NCBI GenBank assembly: GCA_034435035.1
Contig: DAOTXW010000040.1
Location: 83,144-147,143, forward strand
Source of the DNA: Anaerolineae bacterium
Lineage (GTDB): Bacteria; Chloroflexota; Anaerolineae; Aggregatilineales; UBA3940
Direction of reading: 5' to 3'
Length of the DNA: 64,000 bases
The notes beneath the pieces were generated by a model, which did no database searches, had not been told where the DNA came from, and was given only the letters and a program-made list of their open reading frames with translations. This document shows positions 34,883 through 44,557 of this stretch, piece by piece. A program made the position numbers and the translations under genes. Every line of letters starts with the position of its first letter. Position 1 is the first letter of the stretch.

Positions 34883-36697
34883 CTACTGTGGCCGATCCGC
34901 AGAGACCAGCCGATAGATATCCTGCCGCACCCAGAGAATCATCCGCTGATCTGCCGGAGCAGTAGGGGCAGTGCGATAAATCACCCACTGCGCTGCCTGT
35001 GGTATGGTCATTCCTGCGAGCGACCAGTCCTGGATCACGACGAAATCCTGCCCCACATAAGCCGATCCCAGCGCGGGGTCCGAACCGGACGCCGGCGTGA
35101 TCGCCATGACCGAGTCAACGGTGGGGTTGACCTGCTCCACGAAGCTCACATGAGTGAAGTCCCGCAAAGCCCAGGCGACCGCGCCATCGGGTTCGGTCTG
35201 CACCGTGAGGCTGGCATCATGCGGGTAGCCGACCGTCAGCTTGCTGACTTCGCGGGCAGCATCGGCCAGCATATCCATCCCAATCTGTACACGTTCGGTA
35301 TGAAATGCCTCAAAGGGGCTGGCTGAACGGGCAAATGCCAGCGCTCCGCTCTGCCCGCCTGCGGCGATCAGCGTGATGGCCAGCACAGCGAACCCCAGGC
35401 CGCGCCATGCTGTGCGCGGCTCCCACATGCTGGCTACCGTCAGCCACATGACCACCACCAGCAGGCTCCATAAAATGACCAGCACCAGATCGAGCGGCAC
35501 ACCGGAAGATGGGCTGCCTGAGCCGGTCAGCGCGGGGATGGTCAGCATCCGCGGCGCTCGCAGATGCTGCGCCAGCCCGGCCAGGATCATGCCGAAGAAC
35601 GCCACGCTGCCCAGCGCGTGCGATCGCGCTGCCCATGCCGGCGCAGAATCGCCCAGAGACAGCAGGGCAGCGATCGCTTTTCCGGCGAGGCCGGCCAGCG
35701 GGATGGTAGCCCACAGCGTGTGCTCCGGCAGCGCTCCTGGATAGATAAGCACGGCAACAAGAGCAGCAAACCCCCATGCTGCCAGGAACCGCTCGTGCGA
35801 GTGGGCCGACTGGGAAGCGAGCCAGATGCCGATCAGGCCAAACAGCAGCGTAGCCGGCTCGTAGATCGCAATCACCAGCCCTGTCCACGGCGCGCCCGCC
35901 TGGCGAGTCACCAGGCCACGTCCGAAGGCAGCCAGCAGATCGCCTGCTGCTCCCAGCCCATCCGGTATCAGGAAGAACAGAGTGCCAAAGACGACCAGCG
36001 CACCGGCAAGCCCTGCTGTGAAATATCGCCATGACCAACCCCGGAGCCGATCCCGATCAGCGCCCTCAGTGAATGTCCCCTCCTCATCGGTCAGGAAGGT
36101 ATAGGCGGCCCCGGCGCCGAGCGCCAGCAGCCCCAGCGGGGCGGCGGGGTCGGAGAGGAGCGCCAGACCGGCTGCTCCGCCTGCGAGCAGCACTGGCCGC
36201 AAAGATCCCGACTGCCAGTAGGCTGCACAGGCCGCGAGCACCCCGATCAGCGCCATCATGGCCATGCTGTGCCCGCTGACCTGCCGCGCAGCTGCGGTGC
36301 CGGCTGGTGAGAGGGCGAGCAGCAGCGCAGCGATCAGCGCGGGCAGCTTGCCCAGCCGGGCGCGGAACAGCAGGGGGGCAAATACCAGCCCCAGGCTGGC
36401 CAGCATCGGAAAGGCGCGGGCGGCGGCAGTGGATGGGCCCAGCACCGCAAAGCTGCCCAGGATTCCTGAAAACACGGTCGGGCTGATGATGATCCCGGCA
36501 CCGGCGGTATCTGGGTACAGCAAATGGAGGGCAGCAAACGCCTGCCGTGCCTCCATCTCACCCAGTGAGGGAGTGGATAGTCGAAGCGCCCTCAGGATCA
36601 CGGCGATGATGGCGATGAGCGCATAAGCAAGCGCCTCAACAGATACAGCGATCCGGGGGGCGGGAGATACCTCAGTATGAGCGGAAACAGCGTTCAT
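34883..36697 (-). CDS. GT-C-like multi-pass membrane protein, divergent paralog of the TIGR03663 module
   Basis: Collinear with the 29979..33698 protein (ILRALRLS..LGEMEA; ARAFPML; ALSP; AWALRDF; MILWVRQDIY). ATGA overlap with the DUF2298 stop. Confidence 0.75.
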   Translation of the reverse strand: MNAVSAHTEVSPAPRIAVSVEALAYALIAIIAVILRALRLSTPSLGEMEARQAFAALHLLYPDTAGAGIIISPTVFSGILGSFAVLGPSTAAARAFPMLASLGLVFAPLLFRARLGKLPALIAALLLALSPAGTAAARQVSGHSMAMMALIGVLAACAAYWQSGSLRPVLLAGGAAGLALLSDPAAPLGLLALGAGAAYTFLTDEEGTFTEGADRDRLRGWSWRYFTAGLAGALVVFGTLFFLIPDGLGAAGDLLAAFGRGLVTRQAGAPWTGLVIAIYEPATLLFGLIGIWLASQSAHSHERFLAAWGFAALVAVLIYPGALPEHTLWATIPLAGLAGKAIAALLSLGDSAPAWAARSHALGSVAFFGMILAGLAQHLRAPRMLTIPALTGSGSPSSGVPLDLVLVILWSLLVVVMWLTVASMWEPRTAWRGLGFAVLAITLIAAGGQSGALAFARSASPFEAFHTERVQIGMDMLADAAREVSKLTVGYPHDASLTVQTEPDGAVAWALRDFTHVSFVEQVNPTVDSVMAITPASGSDPALGSAYVGQDFVVIQDWSLAGMTIPQAAQWVIYRTAPTAPADQRMILWVRQDIYRLVSADRPQ

Positions 36698-39174
36698 GGC
36701 GCTTCCTCGATCAGCGGCTGATCGGCCCGGTAAATTACCACATCCTGATCGCGATAGACCGCTGGCAGAAACCGATCAAACTTCTGCAGGCCGGCAGGTG
36801 GGGCGAAGGCCGGGTTGCGCTCCAGCGTGCCCACGAAGATGTATGTCACGTTGTAGCGCTGCAGGAGGCCCTGCGCCAGATCGATACTGGGAGTCTGGTA
36901 GATACGCAGAATATCCTCCTCGCGCGTGCCCGCCAGCTCGGCATACCGCGCGCCGCGCCACTGGCGTTCATGGCCCGGCCAGCCCAGCACCGTAGGAATG
37001 CCGGTGGCCATCGATACCCGGGCATAGTAGGAGTACTGCCCCCCTACTGCCTCCAGAACCACAGCCCCCGGTTCAGCATTCTGTTCCAGCCACCGGATGC
37101 CGGCATAATCGCCGGGGTAGCTGCGGCGGATAAAGTCCAGTCCATCCAGCGTTGGCTGCGCAGTCTGAAAATCGCCCAGCCTGGCGGGAATGGCAAATGC
37201 CGGGTAAACCAGCCCCCCCGCGATCAGCGGCACGATGAGGATGCTCGCAATGATCTGTATAGCTCGCTGCCGATGCGCCAGCAGCTCATGCGTGGCGTAG
37301 GCCGAAGCCACTGCAAACAGGATCCAGGCTGCGTAGTAGAACTTGAAGACCGTGTTCAGCCGCTGGCCGAAGACATCCCGCAGGTACACAAACTCGGGCC
37401 CCAGTGTCAGCAGTGCCCCGGTCAGAATGAGAAGGGTGACAAATCCATTCGCGGGATGAATCGAGGCCGGAGTCGACTCGCCCGACGGTGCGCTCCGGGG
37501 AGGGCGGGGAATCAGGGCCGCCAGGCAGAGGACGATGAGGCCTGTCAGGAAGAGCGCGGTCAGCGGGTGGGCCAGCCGATGCCTGAGCACCTGTCCGGCC
37601 AACCCGGGCAGCCGCGCGCGGATTGCAGCGTCCGGCTGCCCCTGCAGCTGCGCATCCACACTGATGGCCAGAAATGCGCGCGCGCCGGGATCCAGGCTCA
37701 CTGCCACGGCGCTCAGGATAAGCATAGCAGCGACCAACATCGCCAGCAGCAGCAGGGCTCCCTGCATGCCGGTGCGCCAGTCCATGTGCCGCCCATGACG
37801 GATGGCCCGATCTACCAGGAACATCCAGATAATCACCTGGAACGGGCCGAACATCACCAGGAACTGGTGCAGGCGAGTCGGGAACAGAGCGTTGGGCAGG
37901 ATCCCGCCCGCCTGCGATCCGAAGCTGATATACCAGGGAAGGTAAGCCGCTATTCCGCCTGCCAGGATGCCCAGCCCCGTCAGCCCGGCCCGGCCCAGAT
38001 CCGCGCCCGATAGAGTCCCGGCTCGGAGGATGCCGCGCAGGGCCAGTGCGCTGATCAGAATAAACAGGTAGATCGGGAGATCCCACGTGTTGAGGAAGGC
38101 GAGGCCGCCGAAAACAACGATACAAAGAGCCAGCTGGCTCCGATCGGGCTCCTCGCGCTGATGCACGAGTCCGAATGCCAGGGCCAGTGCCAGCAGCACA
38201 AACGGCAGCGCCAGCACATGCGGGTGCATGTCGCCAAGCAGAAAACTGAAGAATGGGAACTCGTCAATTGGTTGCAGCCCGATTGCCACCCCGGTCAGGT
38301 CACGGTCACGCACCACGCGGGAGGCACGCCACCACCACCAGAAGCGCCACCGGCTGGGGGGCCACAGAGGCCCACTGATAGGGTCGGCCAGGTCTTCCAG
38401 ATCAAGCCACGCCCAGAACCCGGCCCCAAGCAGCGGGAACTGAAGCGCCCGCACGAGCTCCAGCAGGCCCGCCAGATTTCCCAGCAGGGCGACGAACAGC
38501 GGCCCCAGCAGGGCAGTCATGGGCGCGCCGGACTGGTGTGACCGGCGGGCGGCTGTCAGGTTGTAGACCAACCCATAGCTGCCCAGCAGCGTCAGGGCGA
38601 ATAGCAGGGCGATCCCGAGATTGAACGCCACGCCGCCGGATACTCCGGTCAGATCGGCCATCAGAGCGATCAGCACGTAACCGAAGTAGTAGTAGCTGAT
38701 TGCATAGCCCGAAAGCCACGGATCGAGCGGCGGGAATGCCGGGCTGCGCAGCACGCTGGCCAGAAAGGCCATCTCCATGGGCTTCTCGGTACCGGCGATG
38801 TCAGGCGTATGAGCGCGGAAGAGCGTCCAGCTCGCCAGCGCGGCGACGAACAGCGCTTCGGCGGTGAGTATCACCGCCCTGTGGCTGCTGAACCAACGCC
38901 CCAGGCTGTCAGTACGATCAGGGCGGCTCTGGTAGATCCACAGTGAGATGCTCAGCACGATCAGAGCGGCCAGGATGATGCCGCCCGGTGTGTTCTTCAC
39001 AAAGCCCAGGCTGCCCAAGAGCCAGAAAACGTATCCGGTCAGCAGCAGGCCCAGCGCCCTGCTGAGGGTGTAGCCACGATCGGGCAGGCCCGGCAGCAGG
39101 CGAAAGGCCAGCGGCCACGCAAGACCGCCAATCAGGGTGATGGCCGCATACCAGCCCAGGATGGCGCTCACCAC
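36694..39174 (-). CDS. DUF2298 / Chlor_Arch_YYY (TIGR03662-type) membrane protein
   Basis: GTEKPMEMAFL, PPLDPWLSGYAISYYYFG, IDEFPFFSFLLGDMHPHV, FLNTWD, RLNTVFKFYY, TGIPTVLGWPGHERQWR. Confidence 0.9.
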   Translation of the reverse strand: MVSAILGWYAAITLIGGLAWPLAFRLLPGLPDRGYTLSRALGLLLTGYVFWLLGSLGFVKNTPGGIILAALIVLSISLWIYQSRPDRTDSLGRWFSSHRAVILTAEALFVAALASWTLFRAHTPDIAGTEKPMEMAFLASVLRSPAFPPLDPWLSGYAISYYYFGYVLIALMADLTGVSGGVAFNLGIALLFALTLLGSYGLVYNLTAARRSHQSGAPMTALLGPLFVALLGNLAGLLELVRALQFPLLGAGFWAWLDLEDLADPISGPLWPPSRWRFWWWWRASRVVRDRDLTGVAIGLQPIDEFPFFSFLLGDMHPHVLALPFVLLALALAFGLVHQREEPDRSQLALCIVVFGGLAFLNTWDLPIYLFILISALALRGILRAGTLSGADLGRAGLTGLGILAGGIAAYLPWYISFGSQAGGILPNALFPTRLHQFLVMFGPFQVIIWMFLVDRAIRHGRHMDWRTGMQGALLLLAMLVAAMLILSAVAVSLDPGARAFLAISVDAQLQGQPDAAIRARLPGLAGQVLRHRLAHPLTALFLTGLIVLCLAALIPRPPRSAPSGESTPASIHPANGFVTLLILTGALLTLGPEFVYLRDVFGQRLNTVFKFYYAAWILFAVASAYATHELLAHRQRAIQIIASILIVPLIAGGLVYPAFAIPARLGDFQTAQPTLDGLDFIRRSYPGDYAGIRWLEQNAEPGAVVLEAVGGQYSYYARVSMATGIPTVLGWPGHERQWRGARYAELAGTREEDILRIYQTPSIDLAQGLLQRYNVTYIFVGTLERNPAFAPPAGLQKFDRFLPAVYRDQDVVIYRADQPLIEEAP

Positions 39175-42100
39175 GAACTGACCTCCCCCCGGACCACCCG
39201 ATAAACCTGTGTCCCTTCCCTGTCATAGAGCAGGATCAGGGAGCCCTCCTGCGCCATGTGAGCGAACTTACCCAGCCCCTCGGCATTGTAGTAAGCGCGT
39301 TCCAGATCGCCGACGATAATCAACTCCACCTGATAGCGATCCAGAATCTGCCGGGCGTAGGCGATATCCGTGGTGTTATACGCCTCCTGAATATCGGCTG
39401 CGCGCTCCCAGATCTCCTCGCTTTGCGGCGGGCGCTGCTGCCGCTGATGCCAGTTCCAGCCCAGGACAGTCGGCAGCCCGGTATACACGGCGACACGGCT
39501 GCCCCACTGATACTCGACCGTCTGTGCTTCCAGGGTGATCGGCGCCCCGGTGATATGTTCCTGAAGCCAGCGCAGCATGTGATAGTCCGGCGCCAGGCTG
39601 AATGTCACACCGTTCTCATAGCGCTCGGCAAAGAGCATGTAGGCCATGCCATCCAGGGTCTTCGGAGCAGCAGGCGCCCACCGATCCTGTACCTTTGCGC
39701 GCGTTGCCATGATTGGGTACAGAGCCGCCAAAAATACCAGCATGCCGGCTGCTGTCAGCCACGGGAGCCTGATCCGGCGGCGGGCCTGCTGTACAGCGGG
39801 CCACAGCCAGCCCAGCGCAGCGCCCGCAGTCACCGCCAGCAGCACCCACACCTGGAGGTAGAACTTAAAGACCGTGTTCATCCGGCTGATGTCCCCCTGC
39901 AGGACAAAAACCTCAACGATCAGCGTCAGCGCCAGCGCCACGATCAGCATAGTGAGAACCACGCGCTTTTCCACCGTCTGATCGCGGCGGATAAAGAGTG
40001 CCAGCGACCAGAGAATCAGCGGCAGGGCCACCGCCGCGACCGGGTATCTGCTGGCAGCAAGAGATGAGAAGACGGCCACCAGCGCAAGCAGCAGAAGAGC
40101 TGCTAACACCCGCTGCCGCGGCGATGCGGACTGTGCACGCGCCATCCACCAGTTTGCACTCTCCACTGCCATCCACGAACAGATAACAAACAGGAAGAGT
40201 CCCAGGATATCCAGATAGGCCCACAGCGGAGTGGTTGATCCGGTCCAGGGAATGACGGTGGAGTACCCCAGACGATAGTTGAGGATGAACGGCAGGTACA
40301 GCAGCATCGTCAGGCCAGCCAGCAGGGCGATTTGCGTGATGGCGCCCAGCAGGGTGACCCATGATCGGACAAGGGGCGGCGCGGATGGCTCGCCCGGCAG
40401 GCTTTGTGCCCGGCCTCTGGCCAGCAGCAGGCCCGCAGCAAAACCGATGCCGAAGCCGATCAGCGCCGCCACTGCGGCCAGGAAGATCTCGCTCCCGGCC
40501 GCGCCGGTCGATGCATCAGACAGGGCGGCGCTGCCGATCGAAAGGGCTCCACTGGCCGCGGCAATCGCCAGGGCTGCGCCGGTGCCGGCTCCGATCAGGG
40601 CAGGATGATCGGAGCGCCGGACGGCGTGTGCGATCATCAGCAGGGCCGATCCGAGGGCCAGATAGGTAAGCCAATCCCACGTGTTGGTGGGGCGCAACGC
40701 CCCGATCACCAGTGCACCGACCAGCATGTTGACGAATCCGCCAACGCGCGGCAGACGGAGTGCAGCCTGGGCCTGAGCCGCCGCCCGCGCCTGGCTGATG
40801 CCCCAGCTGAGTGCAAGAAGCGTGATTGGCAGCGCAAGCAGGTGGGCATGCAGGTCGGCATACAGGAAAGTAAAGAAGGGAAACTCGGTGATGGGGCCGA
40901 CTTCAAGCGGCACACCCTGGGCATTCAGCGGGACGGGGATCACGCGGGTAGCATTCCAGTACCACTCGCCCAGCCCCACCGGAGGGAGCTGGTTCTGTGT
41001 CACAGTCAACGTCAGCCCGCGCCACAGGTCCCGGGCGGCAGGCAATAAGCGGGTTGCATACGCTGGCTCTCCGGCACCCAGCTCGGCCAGCCCCCATAGC
41101 AGCGTCCGGATCTGATCCAGATTGCCCAGCCCCACCGCCAGCAGCATGGCGGCTATCCCGGCCAGACGCGCCTGCCAGATCATGCGATTCTCGCTGGGCA
41201 TGGCAAATACCCCTGTCATGGCCTCAAGTACTTCAGTGGCGGAGACTCGCGGCCAGGCTCGAAGTATCGACCATAGGGTCGGGGGCTGTGCCGCCGGAGG
41301 TGATGCAGTCTCACGATGCGGAGCCAGCAGGTTGTAGGCGGCGGAGAAGGCAGCCGTACCGGCCACCGCAAACAGCGTGGGCAGGATCAGGTTGTAGGCC
41401 AGAGTTGAGGGCATGCCCAGCAGCCTGACCGGCAGGGCAGCGATCACGAAGCCGAAGTAGTAGTAATTGATGAAGCCGCCCGCAAACCAGGGATCAAAGG
41501 GTGGGAAGCTGGCTGAGCGCAGCACGGCATTGAAATACGACAGATCCATGGGCTTTTCCCCGCCATAGGCAGGGTGCCACAGATCGGGGTTTCCCCAGCG
41601 GATCAACAGGAAAATCAGGAAAAGGCTCAGGAAAAGCCCTTCTACCAGCAGCACATGTCGGCGCTGCTGGCGAAGCCAGGCGACCAGCTCCGTGCGGCGC
41701 GGCCAGCCCAGAACGGCGGCCAGGCCGGCCAGCGCCAGCACGGACATCCAGGCTCCCCCGGTGCTCCAGGGCACTGCGCGGAGACTGGCGAGCATCCAGG
41801 TGAGCCAGGTCACACTCAGCCATCCGAAGATGCGCCCGAGCCCGTATCCGCGGTCAGGCAGGCCGGGGATGAGTGAGAACCAAAGGACAAAGCCGATCCA
41901 TCCCAGGCCCGTGATGACCACATACCAGATCAACACAGCTAATGGCTGGACGGCCCGATATAGGCCGGGCGGCGGGTCTGCTGCCGGAGCGGCACCCGCC
42001 GACGTCAGCAAATCGAGATCGGTGGAGCCTGTCTGCCGGGGAGGCAGTACCCGCACGGGCCGCCCTCTGGCATCTCTGGCGATGGCCCGCACAGCGCTGT

Positions 42101-44510
42101 CCACATCCACAGCATCGAGGATAGCGGCGACCCTGGCTGCGTCATAGGCGGCTGTCTTACGGAAGATCAGCACACGCGGATGATCGTAGACCGTCCATGC
42201 CTCCTCGGCTGTATCATCGAAGAATGAGATCGGGCCCAGATTTGGGCGGGAGGTGAAATCGCCGACCAGGCGGAATCCGAGTTCTCCGCTGAAAAGCGCC
42301 TGGTAATAAGCGATGCTCAGTGGGAAGCGCTCCGGGTTGCGGGACAGCGACGCATAGAAGCGATTCGATGAGATGACGAGGTAGTCGGCGCGGTCGAGGA
42401 TGTACTTCATCCGCTCGCGTTTGTCCGCGGTATCTTCCCACGACATCTCCAGCTCGTAGCCGTGATATTGGGCGTCCCAGATGATGAAGGGGGGAGTAGG
42501 AACGGGAAGGGGATCATCCCAGGCGCCTTCTGTGGCAACGGCTGAGCCGCTGATCACCAGGGGGCCGCTGGCATCGGGCTGAAAGACGAGGTAATACAGT
42601 TTACCGGCTTCCAGCGACACAGGCGGCAGATCCAGCTGATAGGATTGGCCTCGCGGGTCTTCCTCCGCGGCGAAGGTCGCCGAAATGGTATCTTCGGCCA
42701 GCGCGCCGCTGAAATCGCTGGTAGAGGAGAGAGCCACGCGCAGCGTTCGGAGCCGGGTCTCGCTGGCCGGATCGATCACATGAGTCAGCCTCAGACCGCT
42801 GAGTACACCATCGACAGGCACCCGAATCTCGTAGGGCTGCGGAAGCCCACCGGCCAAGTATGTATAATAGGCCGGCGGACGCGTAGGATCATTATCGACC
42901 TGAGAGGGCGGAAGCCAGCTGTTGCGCAGACCAACCTGGACCGTCTGCTGCCCGTTTGGGGTATCTAGGGTTAGCGTCAGGTCGGAGGCAATATTCGTCA
43001 GCATCCAGTCTGAAGCGGCCACCCGGGTCACCGGCCGTGTATAGATGCGCGATACCGCGAAACCCCAGCCAGCGGCTCCGACCACAATAACCGTTGCCAG
43101 ACCGCCCACCACCGCCAGCGGCCATCGTGTCCGCACAGCAGGGCGCGAAGCCAGCAGGCTCGCCACCCGATCCCACAGGGTGACCAGCGCCCACCCGCCC
43201 AGCAGGGTCAGGAAGGGATATACTGGCAGGAAATAGCGCATGGTCTTGACCCAGCCGATGCCCTGCCAGATGAAGAAGGTCAGGATCCACAGCACTGGCA
43301 GGATCAGCCGCTCTGCGAGCCGGTGCCCCCGCGCGATTTCCCACACTGCCCAGGCCAATGCCAGCCAGCACCACAGACCCAGCGGCCAGCCCATCCCGAC
43401 CCGCACCATGTTCACCCACGGGAAGATCAGCGGCAGCCGCCTGCCCCACTGATGATTGGGTGGGATATCGGAGTATCCGGAAACCTGTCGACGCACCTCA
43501 GCCATCTGCTCGAGCCAGGCCGGGTTCGGGCGCAGCCCGACCGGATCGCCCAGGCGGCTCACAGCGGTCATCACCGGTCCCAGGGCATCAGGCTCGATGG
43601 CTACGTCCGAGTGTGATGGCAGAAACGCATAGGGCTGGCCGATACGGAACACCAGGACCGTGATCGCGCCAGCAAGGATGAGGCCCAGCACGGCCTGGCG
43701 CACCGGGGGGGTGAGCCACCACTGCCCCGCTACCTGCGGGCGTGACCCTGCAGGCTGTGCGTCGTTTACGGGCTGGCTCAGCCAGACGCGCAGCCCCAGC
43801 GCGGCGATAAGGATAAGGGCAAACGGGAACACACTGACCTTGCTCGCCATCGCCAGCCCGAGCGCGATACCAAACAGGATGTAATCCGGCCAGTGGTGCG
43901 CAGTCAGAGCCCGGGCGGCGAACCAGAATGCGGCTGCCACGAACAGATTGGTGAAGGTGTCAACGGTGAAGAAGTGCGAAAGCTGGATCGGAAGAGCCGC
44001 TGCCGCATACAGCAGGGCGCCCAGCAGGCCGATTCGCCGGTCAAACAGTTGCCGCCCGATGAGGAATACCAGCACAATAACCAGAATATCTGCCGCAGCT
44101 GAAAGGCTGCGCCCGACCAGATAGTTGCTGTAGTAGTCGGCGCTGTCAGTCCACTCGGTAACATAGCGAACCAGGGTGATCGGGAAGTTCCCGTAAACAA
44201 AGAAGCCGTAGCCCACATTGTTGGGGTTGAGCGGCGATCTCTGCGTGTCGAAGTACTGTGCCCATGAATCAACGGGAGAAATAGCCCCTGTCACCATGGA
44301 GAGGAATCGCTCATCCGGGTGCAAATGCTGCCCCTCGTCCCAGTCCATGCCAACCAGCCGCAGCGCAGCGCCGCCCAGCGCGATGACGATGAGCACAGCC
44401 ATTGTCGCGGCTGCATGCAGCACAGGAGTTGACGATTCGCCCCCAAGGCGCCCGGAGCGCTGGTGAGTTATCATGCGAGCAGTTTGCCTGGGAAGGAGAG
44501 GCGTGTGCAC
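39168..44510 (-). CDS. 1780-aa fusion: GT39/PMT_2-like GT-C module, beta-sandwich insert, DUF2298 (YYY) module
   Basis: N-half: WDEGQHLHPDERFL, FVYGNFP, SHFFTVD, WVKTMRYFLP, TVYDHP. C-half: GGEKPMDLSYF, FINYYYFG, TEFPFFTFLYADLHAH, RMNTVFKFY, TGLPTVLGWNWHQRQQR. Start uncertain (44510, 44474 or 44402). Confidence 0.88.
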   Translation of the reverse strand: MHTPLLPRQTARMITHQRSGRLGGESSTPVLHAAATMAVLIVIALGGAALRLVGMDWDEGQHLHPDERFLSMVTGAISPVDSWAQYFDTQRSPLNPNNVGYGFFVYGNFPITLVRYVTEWTDSADYYSNYLVGRSLSAAADILVIVLVFLIGRQLFDRRIGLLGALLYAAAALPIQLSHFFTVDTFTNLFVAAAFWFAARALTAHHWPDYILFGIALGLAMASKVSVFPFALILIAALGLRVWLSQPVNDAQPAGSRPQVAGQWWLTPPVRQAVLGLILAGAITVLVFRIGQPYAFLPSHSDVAIEPDALGPVMTAVSRLGDPVGLRPNPAWLEQMAEVRRQVSGYSDIPPNHQWGRRLPLIFPWVNMVRVGMGWPLGLWCWLALAWAVWEIARGHRLAERLILPVLWILTFFIWQGIGWVKTMRYFLPVYPFLTLLGGWALVTLWDRVASLLASRPAVRTRWPLAVVGGLATVIVVGAAGWGFAVSRIYTRPVTRVAASDWMLTNIASDLTLTLDTPNGQQTVQVGLRNSWLPPSQVDNDPTRPPAYYTYLAGGLPQPYEIRVPVDGVLSGLRLTHVIDPASETRLRTLRVALSSTSDFSGALAEDTISATFAAEEDPRGQSYQLDLPPVSLEAGKLYYLVFQPDASGPLVISGSAVATEGAWDDPLPVPTPPFIIWDAQYHGYELEMSWEDTADKRERMKYILDRADYLVISSNRFYASLSRNPERFPLSIAYYQALFSGELGFRLVGDFTSRPNLGPISFFDDTAEEAWTVYDHPRVLIFRKTAAYDAARVAAILDAVDVDSAVRAIARDARGRPVRVLPPRQTGSTDLDLLTSAGAAPAADPPPGLYRAVQPLAVLIWYVVITGLGWIGFVLWFSLIPGLPDRGYGLGRIFGWLSVTWLTWMLASLRAVPWSTGGAWMSVLALAGLAAVLGWPRRTELVAWLRQQRRHVLLVEGLFLSLFLIFLLIRWGNPDLWHPAYGGEKPMDLSYFNAVLRSASFPPFDPWFAGGFINYYYFGFVIAALPVRLLGMPSTLAYNLILPTLFAVAGTAAFSAAYNLLAPHRETASPPAAQPPTLWSILRAWPRVSATEVLEAMTGVFAMPSENRMIWQARLAGIAAMLLAVGLGNLDQIRTLLWGLAELGAGEPAYATRLLPAARDLWRGLTLTVTQNQLPPVGLGEWYWNATRVIPVPLNAQGVPLEVGPITEFPFFTFLYADLHAHLLALPITLLALSWGISQARAAAQAQAALRLPRVGGFVNMLVGALVIGALRPTNTWDWLTYLALGSALLMIAHAVRRSDHPALIGAGTGAALAIAAASGALSIGSAALSDASTGAAGSEIFLAAVAALIGFGIGFAAGLLLARGRAQSLPGEPSAPPLVRSWVTLLGAITQIALLAGLTMLLYLPFILNYRLGYSTVIPWTGSTTPLWAYLDILGLFLFVICSWMAVESANWWMARAQSASPRQRVLAALLLLALVAVFSSLAASRYPVAAVALPLILWSLALFIRRDQTVEKRVVLTMLIVALALTLIVEVFVLQGDISRMNTVFKFYLQVWVLLAVTAGAALGWLWPAVQQARRRIRLPWLTAAGMLVFLAALYPIMATRAKVQDRWAPAAPKTLDGMAYMLFAERYENGVTFSLAPDYHMLRWLQEHITGAPITLEAQTVEYQWGSRVAVYTGLPTVLGWNWHQRQQRPPQSEEIWERAADIQEAYNTTDIAYARQILDRYQVELIIVGDLERAYYNAEGLGKFAHMAQEGSLILLYDREGTQVYRVVRGEVSSW

Positions 44511-44557
44511 ACGCTAATCATACACAGGGACCCGGTGGATTCCTCAGTCTTCTGGCA

